Source: the human T2T-CHM13v2.0 reference genome, Homo sapiens. Taken from it: a DNA stretch of 64,000 nucleotides. Below, one piece after another: positions 12,592 to 26,930 of the stretch. The notes beneath the pieces were generated by a model that saw nothing but the letters and a program-made list of their open reading frames with translations, searched no databases and was not told the DNA's origin. The stretch's first letter is position 1. Every line of letters starts with the position of its first letter. The stretch is from the NCBI RefSeq assembly GCF_009914755.1, contig NC_060933.1; one strand, written 5' to 3'. A program made the translations under genes and the position numbers.

Positions 12592-15500
12592 GTGATGTGT
12601 GTAAAAGATGCAGCACAGGGCCTGGCGCATAAGTTCTCAGTAAGTGACTGAAGCCAGGGAGGAAATCTAAACATAAAACACCCAATTGCCATGTAGCCTT
12701 TTGGATGAAAATAAACAGGATGCAGCAAGCAAGAGCCCTAGATTTGGGTCAGAAGACTCAGGTCCACAGCCCTGGATTGAATATTCTCTAGACAGCCTAC
12801 ATTTTCTCTCCCTTTAAAGAAGAGGAAACACCATCTACACAACTGAAGGCACAGCCATCGACATACAAGGAGACTATATGTAAGGAAACAGAAGCGCGAG
12901 GCATTTTTATTACAGAAATGATGTTGATAATGTACCTGGAAATTGGTTAGACATTCCACAAGCAGAAATATGGTTACAAAAAGGTAAACTGAAGCCCACC
13001 TTAGGAAAATTGCCCCAAACTGACATCCGAAGAAGTAAATCAAGAATGAGACATCTCACATGACCTTATAAGTTTCTCTAATAGAAAAACGAAAACGTGA
13101 AAAGATCCAGAGTGGCTTCAGTCTTGCATTCACTGACCACCTGTCAACCGATCATGAATATTCAAATATTGTGAACACTGGAGACAAGTGAGAGAGTCTC
13201 ACTAAACGCATTGAGCAGCCCCCACCCCACCTTAGCAAGAAGGCTAGTGTTACGCTTATGACACTTCCAGGCTGCAAAGCCCCTTTTCAGAACAGCAATT
13301 TCAGTGTCAGGTTGCTTGGGATTAATCATGCCAATGTCATTGGAAGGTAGTTTATTTTGTGGGCTGCTGCACATGCCAGAGAAGTTATACCTGATCCTCT
13401 ATATACCCTTTAGTATAATTCATTTTCTCTATTCTGAATGCAAATTGCTCCTATTAACAGAAACAGCTGTTAATGAGCACATCTTATCGTTGAATATCTT
13501 TGGATTTTTTTTTCCCCACCCTTTAAAGGAAATGACTTGCTACGTACTAATATTGTATAGAAGTGTGATTTTATAAGAAACTGTTTACCAATTCATATAA
13601 TTATTTTTAAATGCAACAATTTCATCAATAACAATGAACAATGTCTGTAAACCCCTGAGTTCTTAATTAGAAGCAAACAACAGGAACTTTTTACACACAA
13701 TAAACAGGCTAGAAAATCAGTAGCCATGTAAATAAAAAACTTACAGTTCTAATCTGAAGAAAGTCAAATTAGGGGAAGTTGTTTATTTATTTGGGTATTT
13801 TATGATCAGAATTAGTATGAGTTTCTTAGTTCAAAAGAAACAGAGGTTAAAACTTAGAAACATTTTAGCCAGTAGGGATACTACATTAGATATAAAGCAA
13901 TTCTTTTTTAAACAAGTAGAACCATGTTTGGGAGGGATCACCTTCTGTCACTTGCAACACTTCTTCATTGAGAGTCTCTTCTCTCACTGCATCAAGTTTA
14001 TGATAGCTAAGCATTCTAAACCCTGAAACTAATTCTTCCTCTTGATTGTTCAAGAATCAGATCATCCTTAAGCTCTATGTCATAAAAGGCCAAGTTTCAG
14101 AAGCTACTGAATGAATATTCACCTTTAGAAAGCCATTAAAATCTTTAGGTGACAATAAAATGGGATAATTAACATTTACTTTTTAAATTCTCATGTTCTA
14201 TTATATGCATATGCATTCTCACATATTAATTCAGGCAAAATCATTAAAAGCTTTTTTCATCTGTAAATATCCAGCCCAGATGTTAGCTCTTTCAGAACAT
14301 CTCCCTTGGCTCTCTTCCATAATCTTGTTGCAATGAACAGGTCAGAAGGTAAGTCATTTCCCTCTCAGACTCCTCCACTAGACAGACCCCCTTCAAAGTC
14401 AGCAACCACAATAATTATTCATCTTTGCAAGGCCTGACACTACCATTGAGCCAAATAATATGTACCCAACAAATGTTTGTCAAATTTAACTTTTAAAAGA
14501 CTCATGCTACCCTTCACTGATTTACCACTGCCAAAGAAGTTGTTTTTCCAAAAGAAGTGGTGAGTTGACAGTAACCCATCAAATTCTTCTCCAAACTCGC
14601 TACAATCAACATAAACTTTTAAAGCTTTTAAAAAATTGGCACAGGTGATAGAAAAGTGTTGCCACAGAGGAAATTTTTCTTGAGTACTGTGGAACTGGTC
14701 CTAGTTCTGAGAGCACCACATGTTAAGCAATTGAGTTAATCAACTGGGCCAGAAGATCTCTAAGGCCATTTTGAAACTAATATTCAACAGCCGTAAATAA
14801 CCGCTCCCCTTCTCCTCTCCATCCACACATTACTACCCATGTACTCCAAGACTCTAATTGGGAGAGGTTTTCAAAACTCTCTTTGTCTAATTAATCCCAT
14901 GTACCATGTAAGGTCTATTAGGATACTATAATGAAAATTCATGCCTGAGAGAAACAGACCAAAGTTTTTGTTTGTTTAAAAAGAAGTGTAATTGGGTTTA
15001 ATTGCATTTTTCCCTGAAATGTCTTTTCAAAATAACAGACACAATATAGATTCAAATATATAATATGTAGTATGATGCTAACCATACATTGACCAATAAC
15101 CTATTTAATTTTTAGTTGGAAAACATGTACACAAGGAAGAAAAACACATGGAAAGGGGGAAAAGAAAATGATCTGGCAAATTTGCAATAAGCAAGGACTT
15201 TTAATTAGTTAGAAATAAGTCAAACCCTTACTTATTAAAAGTCCTTACTGAAAATTTTAATATTCTCGTTTAGAAGTAAAAGATTTGACGAAGAGCTATG
15301 CTTGGTACAGAGAAATAAATGCTCTGTAAATGAATAAATATATTTGTGCTTATATAATAAATTACTTATATATATTCAATAAATAAATGTAATTAATAGG
15401 AACTATTTTTTTAGCACCAAAAGAAAAAACGCTGCCAACTCCATAAGACCTTCATTTAAACTTTAGAAGTATTATTAGGCAACAGTTTTTTCCCGAAACC

Positions 15501-18134
15501 TCAGGAAAACAGCTGGTAGATTCCTCTCCAGAGCATCCCTTTACCCTATTTGTTTTGATGCTATGATTTATGGCCATCTGAATACTTTTGTTAAGAACAT
15601 GGCCCAGTTGCCCATTGATAATTATTGGCTTTACTTTATTTACTGTGCAGAGAGCCCTTCAGGAAGGAAACACATCAAACTCTCTCTATATATAGACTGG
15701 TTATTACTACTGCTTTGTGCCAAATGTCCCTTCCAGCTTTAGTATTTTGGACTCCCTCACTTCCTGCTTCACTTCTACCACATCAGAGCCTCCAGGAATG
15801 GGGCAAACAAGATCCTGTTCAGCCCATCTCTCCGCACCCAAACTGTTCTGCACAAGCATCTGGAAGTCTAGAGCCAGCGTCTGAAAGTCTGAGCATCAGA
15901 GGGTAGCTTACCGCACCTACCACTACAAGGCTTTACAGTCAAGACATTTTGAAAACAAAAATCAACAGTTGAGTTTTGTTTTTATTTTTAAAAGCACACA
16001 CAAAAAGATTCACCATTGATTTTATTCATCCCACTTCAAAACAGATTATTCCTAAAGAACAAAATTTTAAAAAGTTTTCCCTCTTTTGTGTTTTATTTCC
16101 TCCATTTCCTTGAACAAGAATTAAAGATAACATCAACAAATACATTGAGTTGTATGTTGAGTTGTTCTCACCTTTTGGATCTTTTAAAAAATTCAAATGC
16201 AATTCTAAAAACCTAATTGCTTCCTATACAATAAGGAACTGTAGCCACCCAATATAACTGTCTAATTAACGTTCATAAAGTTTTAAAGACACAAACTAGA
16301 TACAGTTAGCGGAGAAGATGCAGACCACCTGTCCACCTCCTCTGGACTCACCACTCAAGGCCTGACTCAATAGCACCACCTCTGGAGAGCCTTCTGCCAA
16401 TACTCAAAACAAAAAATGGTCATTTCTCTCTTCTACCTTTTTCTCATTGCATCATATTAGCTAATCCTAATACATCTGCTACCATCAAGTCCCATCCTCA
16501 TCCCTACTTAATTCAGAGCTTTCCAAAAGCTAATGCTGTTTCCCACACCTCCTCTCGTTCCTTATCCCAGACCATCATTTATGAAATTGAGTAAATTTGT
16601 GAAACATAACTTTAGCATGAGTTTTAAAAGAAGGGATAGAGTAAGACTGACAGTTGAGGATAAAGTATACAAGGCCTGGGCAGCAAGCAGAAAGTGTGAA
16701 CAAAGGCATCAGGAGAGTAAAATTCAATATAATGAGACAGTCGGTATAAGCAGAAACACTGAAAACAATGAAACAACAGACAATACAAATAAAGTTTACA
16801 TTTGTATAGAGAACGTCATGCTACACACACTCAGAAATTCATGTCAAAAGTCCATGAGGGGAAAAATGGATTGCACTCGTAAAGGAGGGATTATTGAATT
16901 TGAAATGTTACAGAGAACCCCTAGATTTGGAATAAGAATTTGAGACTCCAAATTGGCTATATTGCAAAAATCTTAATGATGATACATAAAAATTACTTCA
17001 CTTGTTAGTAACTTGGAATGTTTACTTATGTATTCAGTATATCCCTGGCTTCTCTTTCAAGGGGGTGGGGGGGAGGAGAAATTTTCTTTAACATACGCAC
17101 AACATTTTCAGCTTTCTAAGGAGTTTAGTCATTAGAGTTAGCAAAGCCCATGTAGCTGAGGTTAAGTCAATACATTTCATCTTGAGGGAATATAACAGCT
17201 ATGTTAAAACAGGACTGCTTTCACAATCATTTCTTCAAGGAACGTATAACAAATAAGCCAGCAAAATTCAGAAGTTTCCCAAAACTAGGTAATATTATTA
17301 ATTGCTAGGAAATACTAAATATAATTTCTCAGGCTTACATCTTTCACTAAAATTGATAGTGCTTCTCCTAGCAACTTCCCCCAAGTTCCTTCAATGTAAC
17401 TCAGTATACAGAATTGTTTCAAATGATTAGCCTAGTGGACACAGATGTCCAGGCTAATATGATGGGAAATAGAAAAACTGTATCTTCAGAGAAGGTTCAA
17501 CCTAGAAACAGACCTAATTTTTTATTGAAAATAATACAAATGGAAAAATCTTGAGACTTGTATTCCAAGAATTATTATCATTTTCTTAAAGTTAAACCTT
17601 GGGCAAAATATTCATATTTCAGAAAGTCCATCTGGAAAAGCAACACTAGCTACACAGAAAATGATCTTCTAGGAAAGTAACTAAGAACTGTTCCCATATT
17701 TGGTGGGAACATTTTCATTTCAGTGTGTACTACTACATCATAAAAGTTGGTCATCTGAAACCCCAGTTCTTCTTGGTGGCTTTTTAAAATAAAATATATA
17801 AAAAACCATTGAAGAGTATCACTTCCTAAAACAATCGCCTTTTGATTTCTGTAGGTAGCAGAAAAAACAAACCTTGGGACAGCCCTCTGGCATCAAAATT
17901 TTACCCAGGCTTCCATGTACTACTTCTGGCCGAGCCATTGCTAAAACTGGAACTGTTTTTTATTTAGAAAAAAAAAAAGAATTTTAATGTGTTAATTTAT
18001 AAAATTATACTTTTCATTAATATTAACGCATTTCTTCTCAATAATAATAGCCAAATTAATTAAATTCAACAAGCACTACAAAATCTTAAGGCTACAAAGA
18101 TAAGACGAGTCCTGCTCAGTCTAACCAGAGACCG

Positions 18135-18480
18135 TTGCCTGCTAAGTAAAAGTTCTATTCTAGGGACTGTGGATAGAGCAATAAACGTAATTGACAGGTC
18201 CCCTGCACTTAATAAACTTATATCCACTGTTGGGAGACAAAGGGAGGAAGTGGAGAGAAAGACAACATGCATATATAAAATACTGAGAAAGTACTGAGTG
18301 ACAAGTGCTACATAAAAATAACAGTATAGAATAATAAAAGTGTTATGATAATAAAACAGACTTAAAGAATAGGAGCTCTTTTTTATTTTAGAATCATAGT
18401 CCCTCTTTAAGGAAGTGGCATTTAAGTTGAGACCTGAAAGAAAGAAAAAAAGCGGGGAGGGTATGTGTTGGCCTGGCAGG
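18135..18480 (-). mobile_element. L2 fragment
   Basis: aaggaagtggcatttaagttgagacctgaa and the upstream gacaggtcccctgcact resemble antisense L2. Confidence 0.55.
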
Positions 18481-19895
18481 AAAAAATGACATTTATATTG
18501 GTTACAGAGGAAGATGTGCAAACAATCTAAAGCCTGTCCTTATATTCACCTCCAGCACTACTTAGCCCCTTACCTGATTTCTTCCTGTATAACTGAGGTG
18601 AAAGCCATTTCTTCCTTCCTAAACATTTCCTACTTGGGCTTCTCTTCCATGAATTCACCATGTAATAACCCACACAGGTCTGGCTCTTATAATTTCATGA
18701 TAATCTCGTTTCTCATATCTTAAATTCTCCTAAAGCTATAAACCCCCAAGAGCTTATAATGACTCTACATTATAAAGATTTTATAAGTAGACATAATTCT
18801 TGGGAATTTATATAACCTATTTTTTCTTTTTCAATCTGTCCCTTGAAATTTCAGAGTTCCTAAACACAATGAATGTGGACTAAGGAATACCAAAGCATAA
18901 AAAAGCAGCAGATTTTGAGTGCAATTTAAGAAAAGGAAAGATAACAGGTGAAAAGCTATCTACACAAGGGAGGGAAATAGTGTTGCAGGAAAAAAATTAC
19001 ATGGTTCAGGAGAGAAAGGGGAAAAGTACAAAAAGAGATAATGTTCAAATTATTAATATACAGTAGTTCTAATTTTCTCAAACGTATATTCACCTTAAAA
19101 GGATAATTTTCAACTGAAATAGATGGGTGTTGTTCTTTTAATAAATGCACTGTATGAGAGTTACTTTTAAATACGCTACACCCATATTCTCTTACCTAAC
19201 ATGAAATTTCATTTTTTATTCTGACCCTTTTTCTCCAAATGCAGAGGACAACAAAATTGTGTTACACACAACAGTTATCAATTGCAGTAGGGTGATAGAA
19301 ATGGCAATGTGTTATAAAATAATCAAATATAATAAATCAAAATTAAAACCCATTTCTGAGTTTTAAAAAATAGCCTAGGAGACCATCAGAACCTAACTCG
19401 ACAGAAACACCAAAACGTGATGGCTCAATATTAATTTTTGCTTTATTCCCTTTTCCAGGACAGGATCCAAAATTGTCCTAACTTCAGAGGAAGGATTAAG
19501 AACAAGATTTCTTTTCAGCATCTTGTGAGCTCTACTTCTTTTTCCCCCCTGCATGGCATTTGGCATAGTGGTAGCCTATCCTAAATATCCTAATTGATTT
19601 AAACTCCATTAAACATTAAAAACAAAGACTGAATGAGGGTGATGTTAATATGATGACGACAGTTTATACAGGGTACATATAGGAGTACAGTTTCTGTTTA
19701 GGCTGACAATCTTTCAATCTTCTTCAAGAAACCAGGGAAAATCCAGTTTCTCCACTTTTCTCAAGCAAGGATTTCCAAACTGTGTTCCAGGAAACCCTAC
19801 ATCCTTGCAAGCTGTTTAAGTGATTCTACAAAAAGGGTATTTGTCCCAAACAATGAAAAACTGAACAGTGGAAGGACTCATCCTAGTTTTAGATA

Positions 19896-20129
19896 CAGGT
19901 TGAATATCTCCTATCCAAAATGCTTGGGATCAGAGGTTGATTTTGGATTTTAGATTTTTTAGGATTTTGGAATATTTGCCTATACTTAAGGTTCAGATTT
20001 TAAATCCAAAAATCCCAATCCAAAATGCTCCAGTGATTATTTCCTTTGAGTGTCATATTGGCATTCAAAAGTTTCAGATTTTTGAGCCATTTTGGATTTC
20101 CGATTTTCAAGTTAGGGAGACTTAACCTG
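19896..20129. mobile_element. Tigger4a/MER46A TcMar MITE
   Basis: TIRs caggttgaatatctc.../...gagacttaacctg, 5' TA target site, repeated ttttggatttt motifs, ~234 bp. Confidence 0.85.
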
Positions 20130-20934
20130 CACAGTGTTAGTGTCCCCTTAACATTATGTGAAAAAAAGCCATGGCTAAAACAAAATCTGAAACCACTGTT
20201 CAAACGCATTTACATTATGAAGTTTTAGCTATATCATTTAAGTAAACCTACTTTTACAGAGTATGGGGTTTTTTTGCTTGCTCCTATCAAACATAGTATC
20301 AGTTTACTGTTTTCTCCCTACCCTGACTATAGAAGTGAGAAACACACAGATCTCTCAGGTTTGTAACTCTGGCATGTCTTTGGGCTAAATAGATAACAGG
20401 ATAAAGAACAGCTTTTATTCAACTCTGCAGGTCAACTTTTACAAAATACCTTCTGATTATCAAATGTGGTACTAATTGCATAGTATCTCTCATGGTCTCT
20501 GAATTGCAGGAATTACTAAGTAGGGGGACAAATATAAGAGCACAAACATAAATGAAAGAGAAATCAAAACAAACATAAAAACTACTAGTAGTCAGTGTTA
20601 TAGGAGGTTGCTCACAAACTGAAATGCTTAGGGAACAAACCAGGGAGAAGCAGAGACAGAGTCAGTCACTGGGGCTTAATATTAGTTTGTTTTAAAGGAA
20701 GCAGGTATGACTGTCAAAAGGAAGAAGAAAATAAAATTCTAATGAGCAGTAATGATTCTAGAAAAGCTTGGTATAAGTAGGTTATAATACAAGCTAGAGT
20801 ATATATGAAACATTCCACAGTAGAGCAACTGAATTAGGTATTTCTTAACAGTTCTTTTCAAACTAGAGACACTATGAAAATAAGAGGGAGGTTAAAAAAC
20901 AAAAAGAGAGAGAGAACCGGATATTGGCAAAGAG

Positions 20935-21064
20935 TTTTTTTTTTTCAATTGAGACAAGCTCTCACTATGTTGTCTAGGTTGGACTTGAACTCCTGGCGTC
21001 AAGTGATCCTCTCGCCTCAGCCTATCAACTAGCTGGGACTACAGGCTGCACCACCATGCCCTGC
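20935..21064 (-). mobile_element. Alu monomer (FLAM-like)
   Basis: Poly-T followed by ctcactatgttgtctaggttggacttgaactcctgg...; single monomer length. Confidence 0.85.
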
Positions 21065-21083
21065 TTAAGATTTTAAAAGTTCA

Positions 21084-21407
<324 letters not shown>

Positions 21408-21769
21408 TTAATCTTATTTAGGAGTAATAAAAAATCGCTATTTTGAGAATAGAAGCAAAGGTAACCAAATAATGCGCAAAGCATATTGCCTATTGCCCCA
21501 AATAAACAAAGAGAACAGAGAATACAGAAAATGAAGACTAAATACGAAGAAAGAGGAGGAAAAAGGAGGCTGAAGGTTAAGATGCTGTCAGAAATTATGA
21601 CTGTACCTCAAATACAAAAGTAGGAATTATCATGTATGCTGCTGAAGCTTACTGTAATAATTGGCAGGTGTTTTCCTCACTTAAATCAAGGGCTCATTGA
21701 AAACTTTAATTTAGCAACAGGCAGCATTTTGCGGAAGAGGCAGGTATGTATAACGTGGAGACAGAGAAG

Positions 21770-21920
21770 TTTAGTGGTCGAGAGCCAGAGCCTTTGAGAA
21801 AGATCCTTAGGTTCAGATCCCATCTTGGACATATTATGTTCAGTTCCCTCATTTACAAAGTGAAGCTAATGCTATTGCCTACTTCATATAGCTCCTATAA
21901 ACTGTAAGAGGTTATCCATG
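21770..21920 (+). mobile_element. MIR fragment
   Basis: agtggtcgagagccagagcctttgag...cagttccctcatttacaaagtg. Confidence 0.5.
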
Positions 21921-24900
21921 CTAGAAAGCATGAGATAGTCCCTTAACTTTTAAAACACTTTCTGAAAACTAGAAATCACTCAGTTATCTAATAGTAGTCA
22001 AATGCAAGCCATAAATATTAGAGAATTTTTTGGACTTCTTCCCCCAAACAGTGAAATACATATATTTGCCATCAGTATAATTAAATATTCCTAAATTTGT
22101 TTTTATTTTTGCTGTCATAGCTCCTTGACAGGGATATGTGAAAAAAGAAAATGTTCCTCACTTGGAGTTCTTTTAGCTCAATCCACCACTAAAGGTACTA
22201 TTAGCAGTGAGGCCACACTAATCAGCCCACCTAGAAACTCGTGAAGCCCAAGTGAGCACATATTGTGAAAAAGCTTTAAGTAAGGCTTCCGAGGTTATGT
22301 ACTAAAGCAGGAACACTGAAATACTGCAATAAACAAATGAGTAGAAAATGGAAATGTAATCTGAGTTTGAGTCCTGTGATGCAGTAAAAGAAAAATTAAT
22401 GGGGAATCAGGGGACCTGGTTCTGGCTCCATTTCTATCACAAACTAGCCATTTGTCCTTTAACCACTTACTCTAGCCCTCCTCTGTCACATAAGAAGCCA
22501 GCTTCCATTTCAGAGGCTGCTTCCACATCTAAAATCCTAACATTCAAAGGACCGACGTCATATATGTTACTTCTACTCTAACTTGAAAGCAAATGCATTT
22601 TTTCATTATCTTTGTTTAAGCATAAAACATTTATCAGCTAAACACCACATCTGCTGTTAACACGATCAGGAAACTGAGACAAAACAAGCAAACAAACAAC
22701 AAAAACGAAGGGATTTAAAATCACACTTGAATTGTTTTAAATATATTTGGTAAAGCCATTTTTCTTAAAGAGAGAACAACTATATTTTTTATTAGACCAT
22801 TAAATAAAGGAATACTAAATAAAACAGGAAATACTAAATATAAAGGAATACTAAATATTGCCCCCGTGCAATAAAAAATAAATTAGATTTTCATTGTTTC
22901 CATTCTTACTTGGGAGTCACCTTAAATGTGTCAAGTAAAACCCTGTTTTACATGTATAAATCAAACCAGCAATTTGATTCCTCAGGAACTTGGTATAATT
23001 TAGTTAGAGTGGCATATGAACTCCAGTATTAAGAAATGAAACAACAGAACATACCTGGCAGCATTTATGAGAAATATCATGCCTTTAAAATGGTAAAATA
23101 GAAAATTAAATCAACTGTTTGCACATTAGGCATAGCACGTTATGTAAAAAGCTCTTGAATGTTATGATTTTTCTATATATTGCACTTGTAACACCCTTGT
23201 TCTTAATCACATTGAAGCATATTACATTGCTTTTTAAATAGAATGCACCCTGCCACTATGCAGTCAATCTTAATAGTATTCCAGAACAGCGTGCCCATAT
23301 GAAAGATAGGTTGATGAATAGGTTTATGCCCTATTCAAGGAGATGAAACAGCTCAATAGAAAGATTAAGGCTTCTGCCAGTAGTTGAATCTTAAAGTCAA
23401 AGAGAAGAACACAACTCAAACCAAATGTTACAGACAAAGGTCAAACAAGAGAATAACTGAGAGCCTAACTTGAAGAACTAGCTAGTGTTCACTAATTCGG
23501 TGCAATCAGGAAAAAAAAAAAAAAAAATCTCTCTTCCTAAAGAGTGACCATAATAACTTTCACTGAGTCTGTTTTAAAAGATAAATTATAAAACTGAATG
23601 AAGGTGAGCTAAGTCCCAAATAATATTCACAGGGAACCACTCCTATTTTGAATCGACTGGAACTTAGGTACAACACAGATTAAAATCTTGCTGTCATATT
23701 GTAATTTAAAAATAAATTCTAGAACTATAAAATGTCAAATATTAACAGAAGTATGAATTTTGGTAAAAGCCTTCCAGTTAATTTTGTGTAGAATTCTATT
23801 ATAGTCTAATTTATTTATATAAAAAGAAAAGAAATTTTATGAAGAAAAAAACAGCAATTTGTTTCCCAAGTATTATTTTTTGTTGACTTGAATGTCCAGT
23901 CACCAGTTTCAATCTCTTCTAACAGGGTATTTAACTAAAAGATGAACATATACTTCTCGCTGTGTACACATACTACCTTCAAAATGGAAATACAAACTTG
24001 GCTCTAGGAAAATGTGGAAAGTATAGAATAGTGCTAAAAGAATAGAAAAAAATGTTTATCACGTTAGTAGCAAATATTTGGGAGGCATTATAATCCCATC
24101 TTGAGAAGCCTGGTTTATTTAAATTTCTCATCAGACAACAGGTTCATTTGTGTTTTATTAAAAAAAATTGCTCTCCCTGTGTGTTGTCATTTCGTATGTT
24201 GAAAACCCACTATCTAATTTAATTTTCCCTCCTAAATAGCAACGTTTTTGGACAATGATGCTGATATCAGCTAATGAACTAAGTAAATCATGTGAATTAG
24301 TATACCTATGTCAATGCCATGCCCAGGAGTAAATACAATCAACCAGAAAGACTACCAAGAAACTGAATAAGCTTTACCTACCTTATCAATTCCTTTTCCT
24401 TGTTTTTCTGTTTTCATCAAGAAATGCTGGTAGATAAATTCCAAATCCATCTGACTCTAGTTTCTTCCTGGGATGTCAAGTACTATTGTTTAGCTTCTAC
24501 CCTAAACCAAAGGTACAAAGGAGGGTAGGGAGGGAGTAATAAACTGAACAATAGTACTTAACACCACAGGAAGAAAATTTTAATATTTTAAAATGATGCT
24601 TTATGTATAAATACATGCATTTGCTCTCACACATACCCCCTTCTAAATAAACACATATCAAACATTGCAAATAAGTCATTTTCTTTCCTACTTGCAACAA
24701 AAAGCAGTGAGACATTTAAAGACAGCCAATTTCAAATAATTTCTTCCTTGGAGATAACAATAAAGGTATGATTTATTTAACACCTTTCATCACGTCCCTG
24801 AAAGATCACTGATGTCACATAAATCTATAACATAAGGAAATAAGTAGCTCAAGAGCTCTGCCAGCCACCCTTTTTTAAAGATGGAATATGACAACTTAAG

Positions 24901-25261
24901 CAATTTACTCAGAGGTCAGTGAGTTAATTCCTAGCATTCAATCAATAGATATTTATTAAAGGCTTCTGTGTAGCACTTTGTGCTGGATGCTTATATGAAA
25001 AGTATTTTTTTCTTTTTGCTTATTTGGATCTTCTCATTTTTCTACAAAAACAAAAATTATTACTTGTAATAATAAGAAAAATCTTTAAAACAGTAATGCG
25101 ATGTTGAGTGAAATTAAGAGGAATTCGGAGAAATGCAAGGTCTCTGGAATTTGAAATATTCAGAAAGTCAAGGAGGACTGAGGTCTAGGTCTTCCACCTA
25201 TGCGTACTTTCCATTCTACACCTTTTCCTATGAAAATCACACAAGAAACAAGTTTATAAAG

Positions 25262-25460
25262 ATACCAGATTTAGAGCCAGCTAAACTGTGTTCTTTGCTG
25301 CTCTGACATTTCCTAGCTGTAGTAATTAACTTTAGGTAGGTTATTTAACTTCTCTCTATCTCAGATTCTCCTATCCATAAAACAATGAAAGCATGGCTGT
25401 GCAAATTCAATGTAACACATTATTTTATGAGAAACTTGATTTGTAAATGCTAAATGCCTG
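25262..25460 (+). mobile_element. MIR SINE
   Basis: taggtaggttatttaacttctctctatctcagattctcctatccataaaacaatg core. Confidence 0.65.
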
Positions 25461-26757
25461 CCAAACATTCGTCTTAAAACATATTTTGCCAACAGTTACG
25501 CTTACTTCCACTAAATGGGGACAAAGAGAAGGTGCCACTGAGCCAAAACTTCTGACTAACCAAGAGATAGGTGTTAGAAATACTGAGACATAATTCTGCC
25601 CCTAAGGATGTCACCTACCATTTTTTTTTTTTTTGGATAGAAAACTCTAGTAGGATGTGGATAATACACTTTTACCACCAACACAGCAACACAGCTGTTT
25701 CTTAGCTAAGAAATAGCAAGGAAAATGAAGATCCTAAAAGAATATATTATTAGAATAGCATAATACTGTTAAACTGTTAAGGTGAAATAAATGACATAAA
25801 TTTGGAAGTTCTTTTACAAATATGGTTTACTTGAACTTCATGTTTTAGTTTAATGCTCTTATTATCTCTCCATGGCTTTAATTCTAGCTTCATTTAGATA
25901 ATGTGTTATAGCTATCAAAATATGTTTTTAGGGATTTGTTTTTATGTTAAAACCCAGATATTATTTAATCCTATTAGGATTTTCATTTGCCTTAAATTTA
26001 CTGACATAACAGAAACTATATTAATAAACTAGTATGCAAATTTTTCAAGTTACCATGTATTTCCTGGGATAGGTTTATATTCTGAGATGGTTCCAACCCT
26101 CAATGCCACTGCCATCACCTATTTTCAACATATGTGTTGCCGGCCATTCACTTATTCCTTTCCCAAACATCGCACATTTATTATACACCAGGACTAAGAA
26201 TGCAAGCATGAATGAAATAAGGGCTTATCCTCAAAAGGATCATAGTTAGGCATTTTCTGTCCAAGCATTTTAGATCCCAGTTAAGAATTTCAAGTACTGC
26301 CCACCCCTACCACTGGGGGTTGGGCATTAAACAAGTGAAGGTGCCAAGTCTTTAGCAGCAGTAGTTGAACACCCTAGATTGAACAAACTTCAGATGGGCT
26401 TAAACCAACTATAAAGAAAAATATATATAAGCCCCTGCATGTTTTTGAAGAAACAGTTCTTGTTAACAACCAAAGAAAAAGCTTTTCATAAGCTATAAGT
26501 GCTAATACAAATACCAAGCAAACCAAATTTAGAAATATCTTAACTTCTAAACCATATCCTTTCTTTAATCATATTAGTTCAGCAATGTAATTGCAATTCA
26601 ATCCTCTCCTAGTCATTCAAAAGTTGGCCACACTCCCAAAGAAACTTCAACTGCTATTCTTTCCATTTATTTCTTTTTACTAGCACTATGCTAACAAAAA
26701 AAAAAAAGAAAAGAAAGTTTCTTAGCTAAGAGTCCATTAGTTTAATTACACCTAGAA

Positions 26758-26930
26758 CAGTGGTCTCAGGATCAGTAACACCAGCATCACCTGAAAGACT
26801 TTTTAGAAATACCAGTTTTTGGTCTCTACTCTAGATCTCTTAAATCAGAAACTCTGGGGTAGTCCGTAGCAATCTGTTCTCCTAAATCTTCCAGGAGATT
26901 CCGATGCTTGCTCAAGTTTGACATCCACTG
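26758..26930. mobile_element. MER5A MITE
   Basis: cagtggtctc...aatcagaaactctggggt...gctcaagtttgacatccactg. Confidence 0.75.

Noticed and set aside
16533-16943. 136-aa + strand ORF
   Set aside because: No recognisable homology, promoter or processed-pseudogene hallmarks; its length is compatible with chance.
18066-18521. 151-aa hydrophobic ORF, the longest in the track
   Set aside because: It overlaps an L2 remnant, its composition reflects T-rich DNA, and it has no recognisable domain or splice support.
19896-20129. Repeated ttttggatttt units and long inverted structure, superficially array-like
   Set aside because: Explained by the internal structure of Tigger4a/MER46A.
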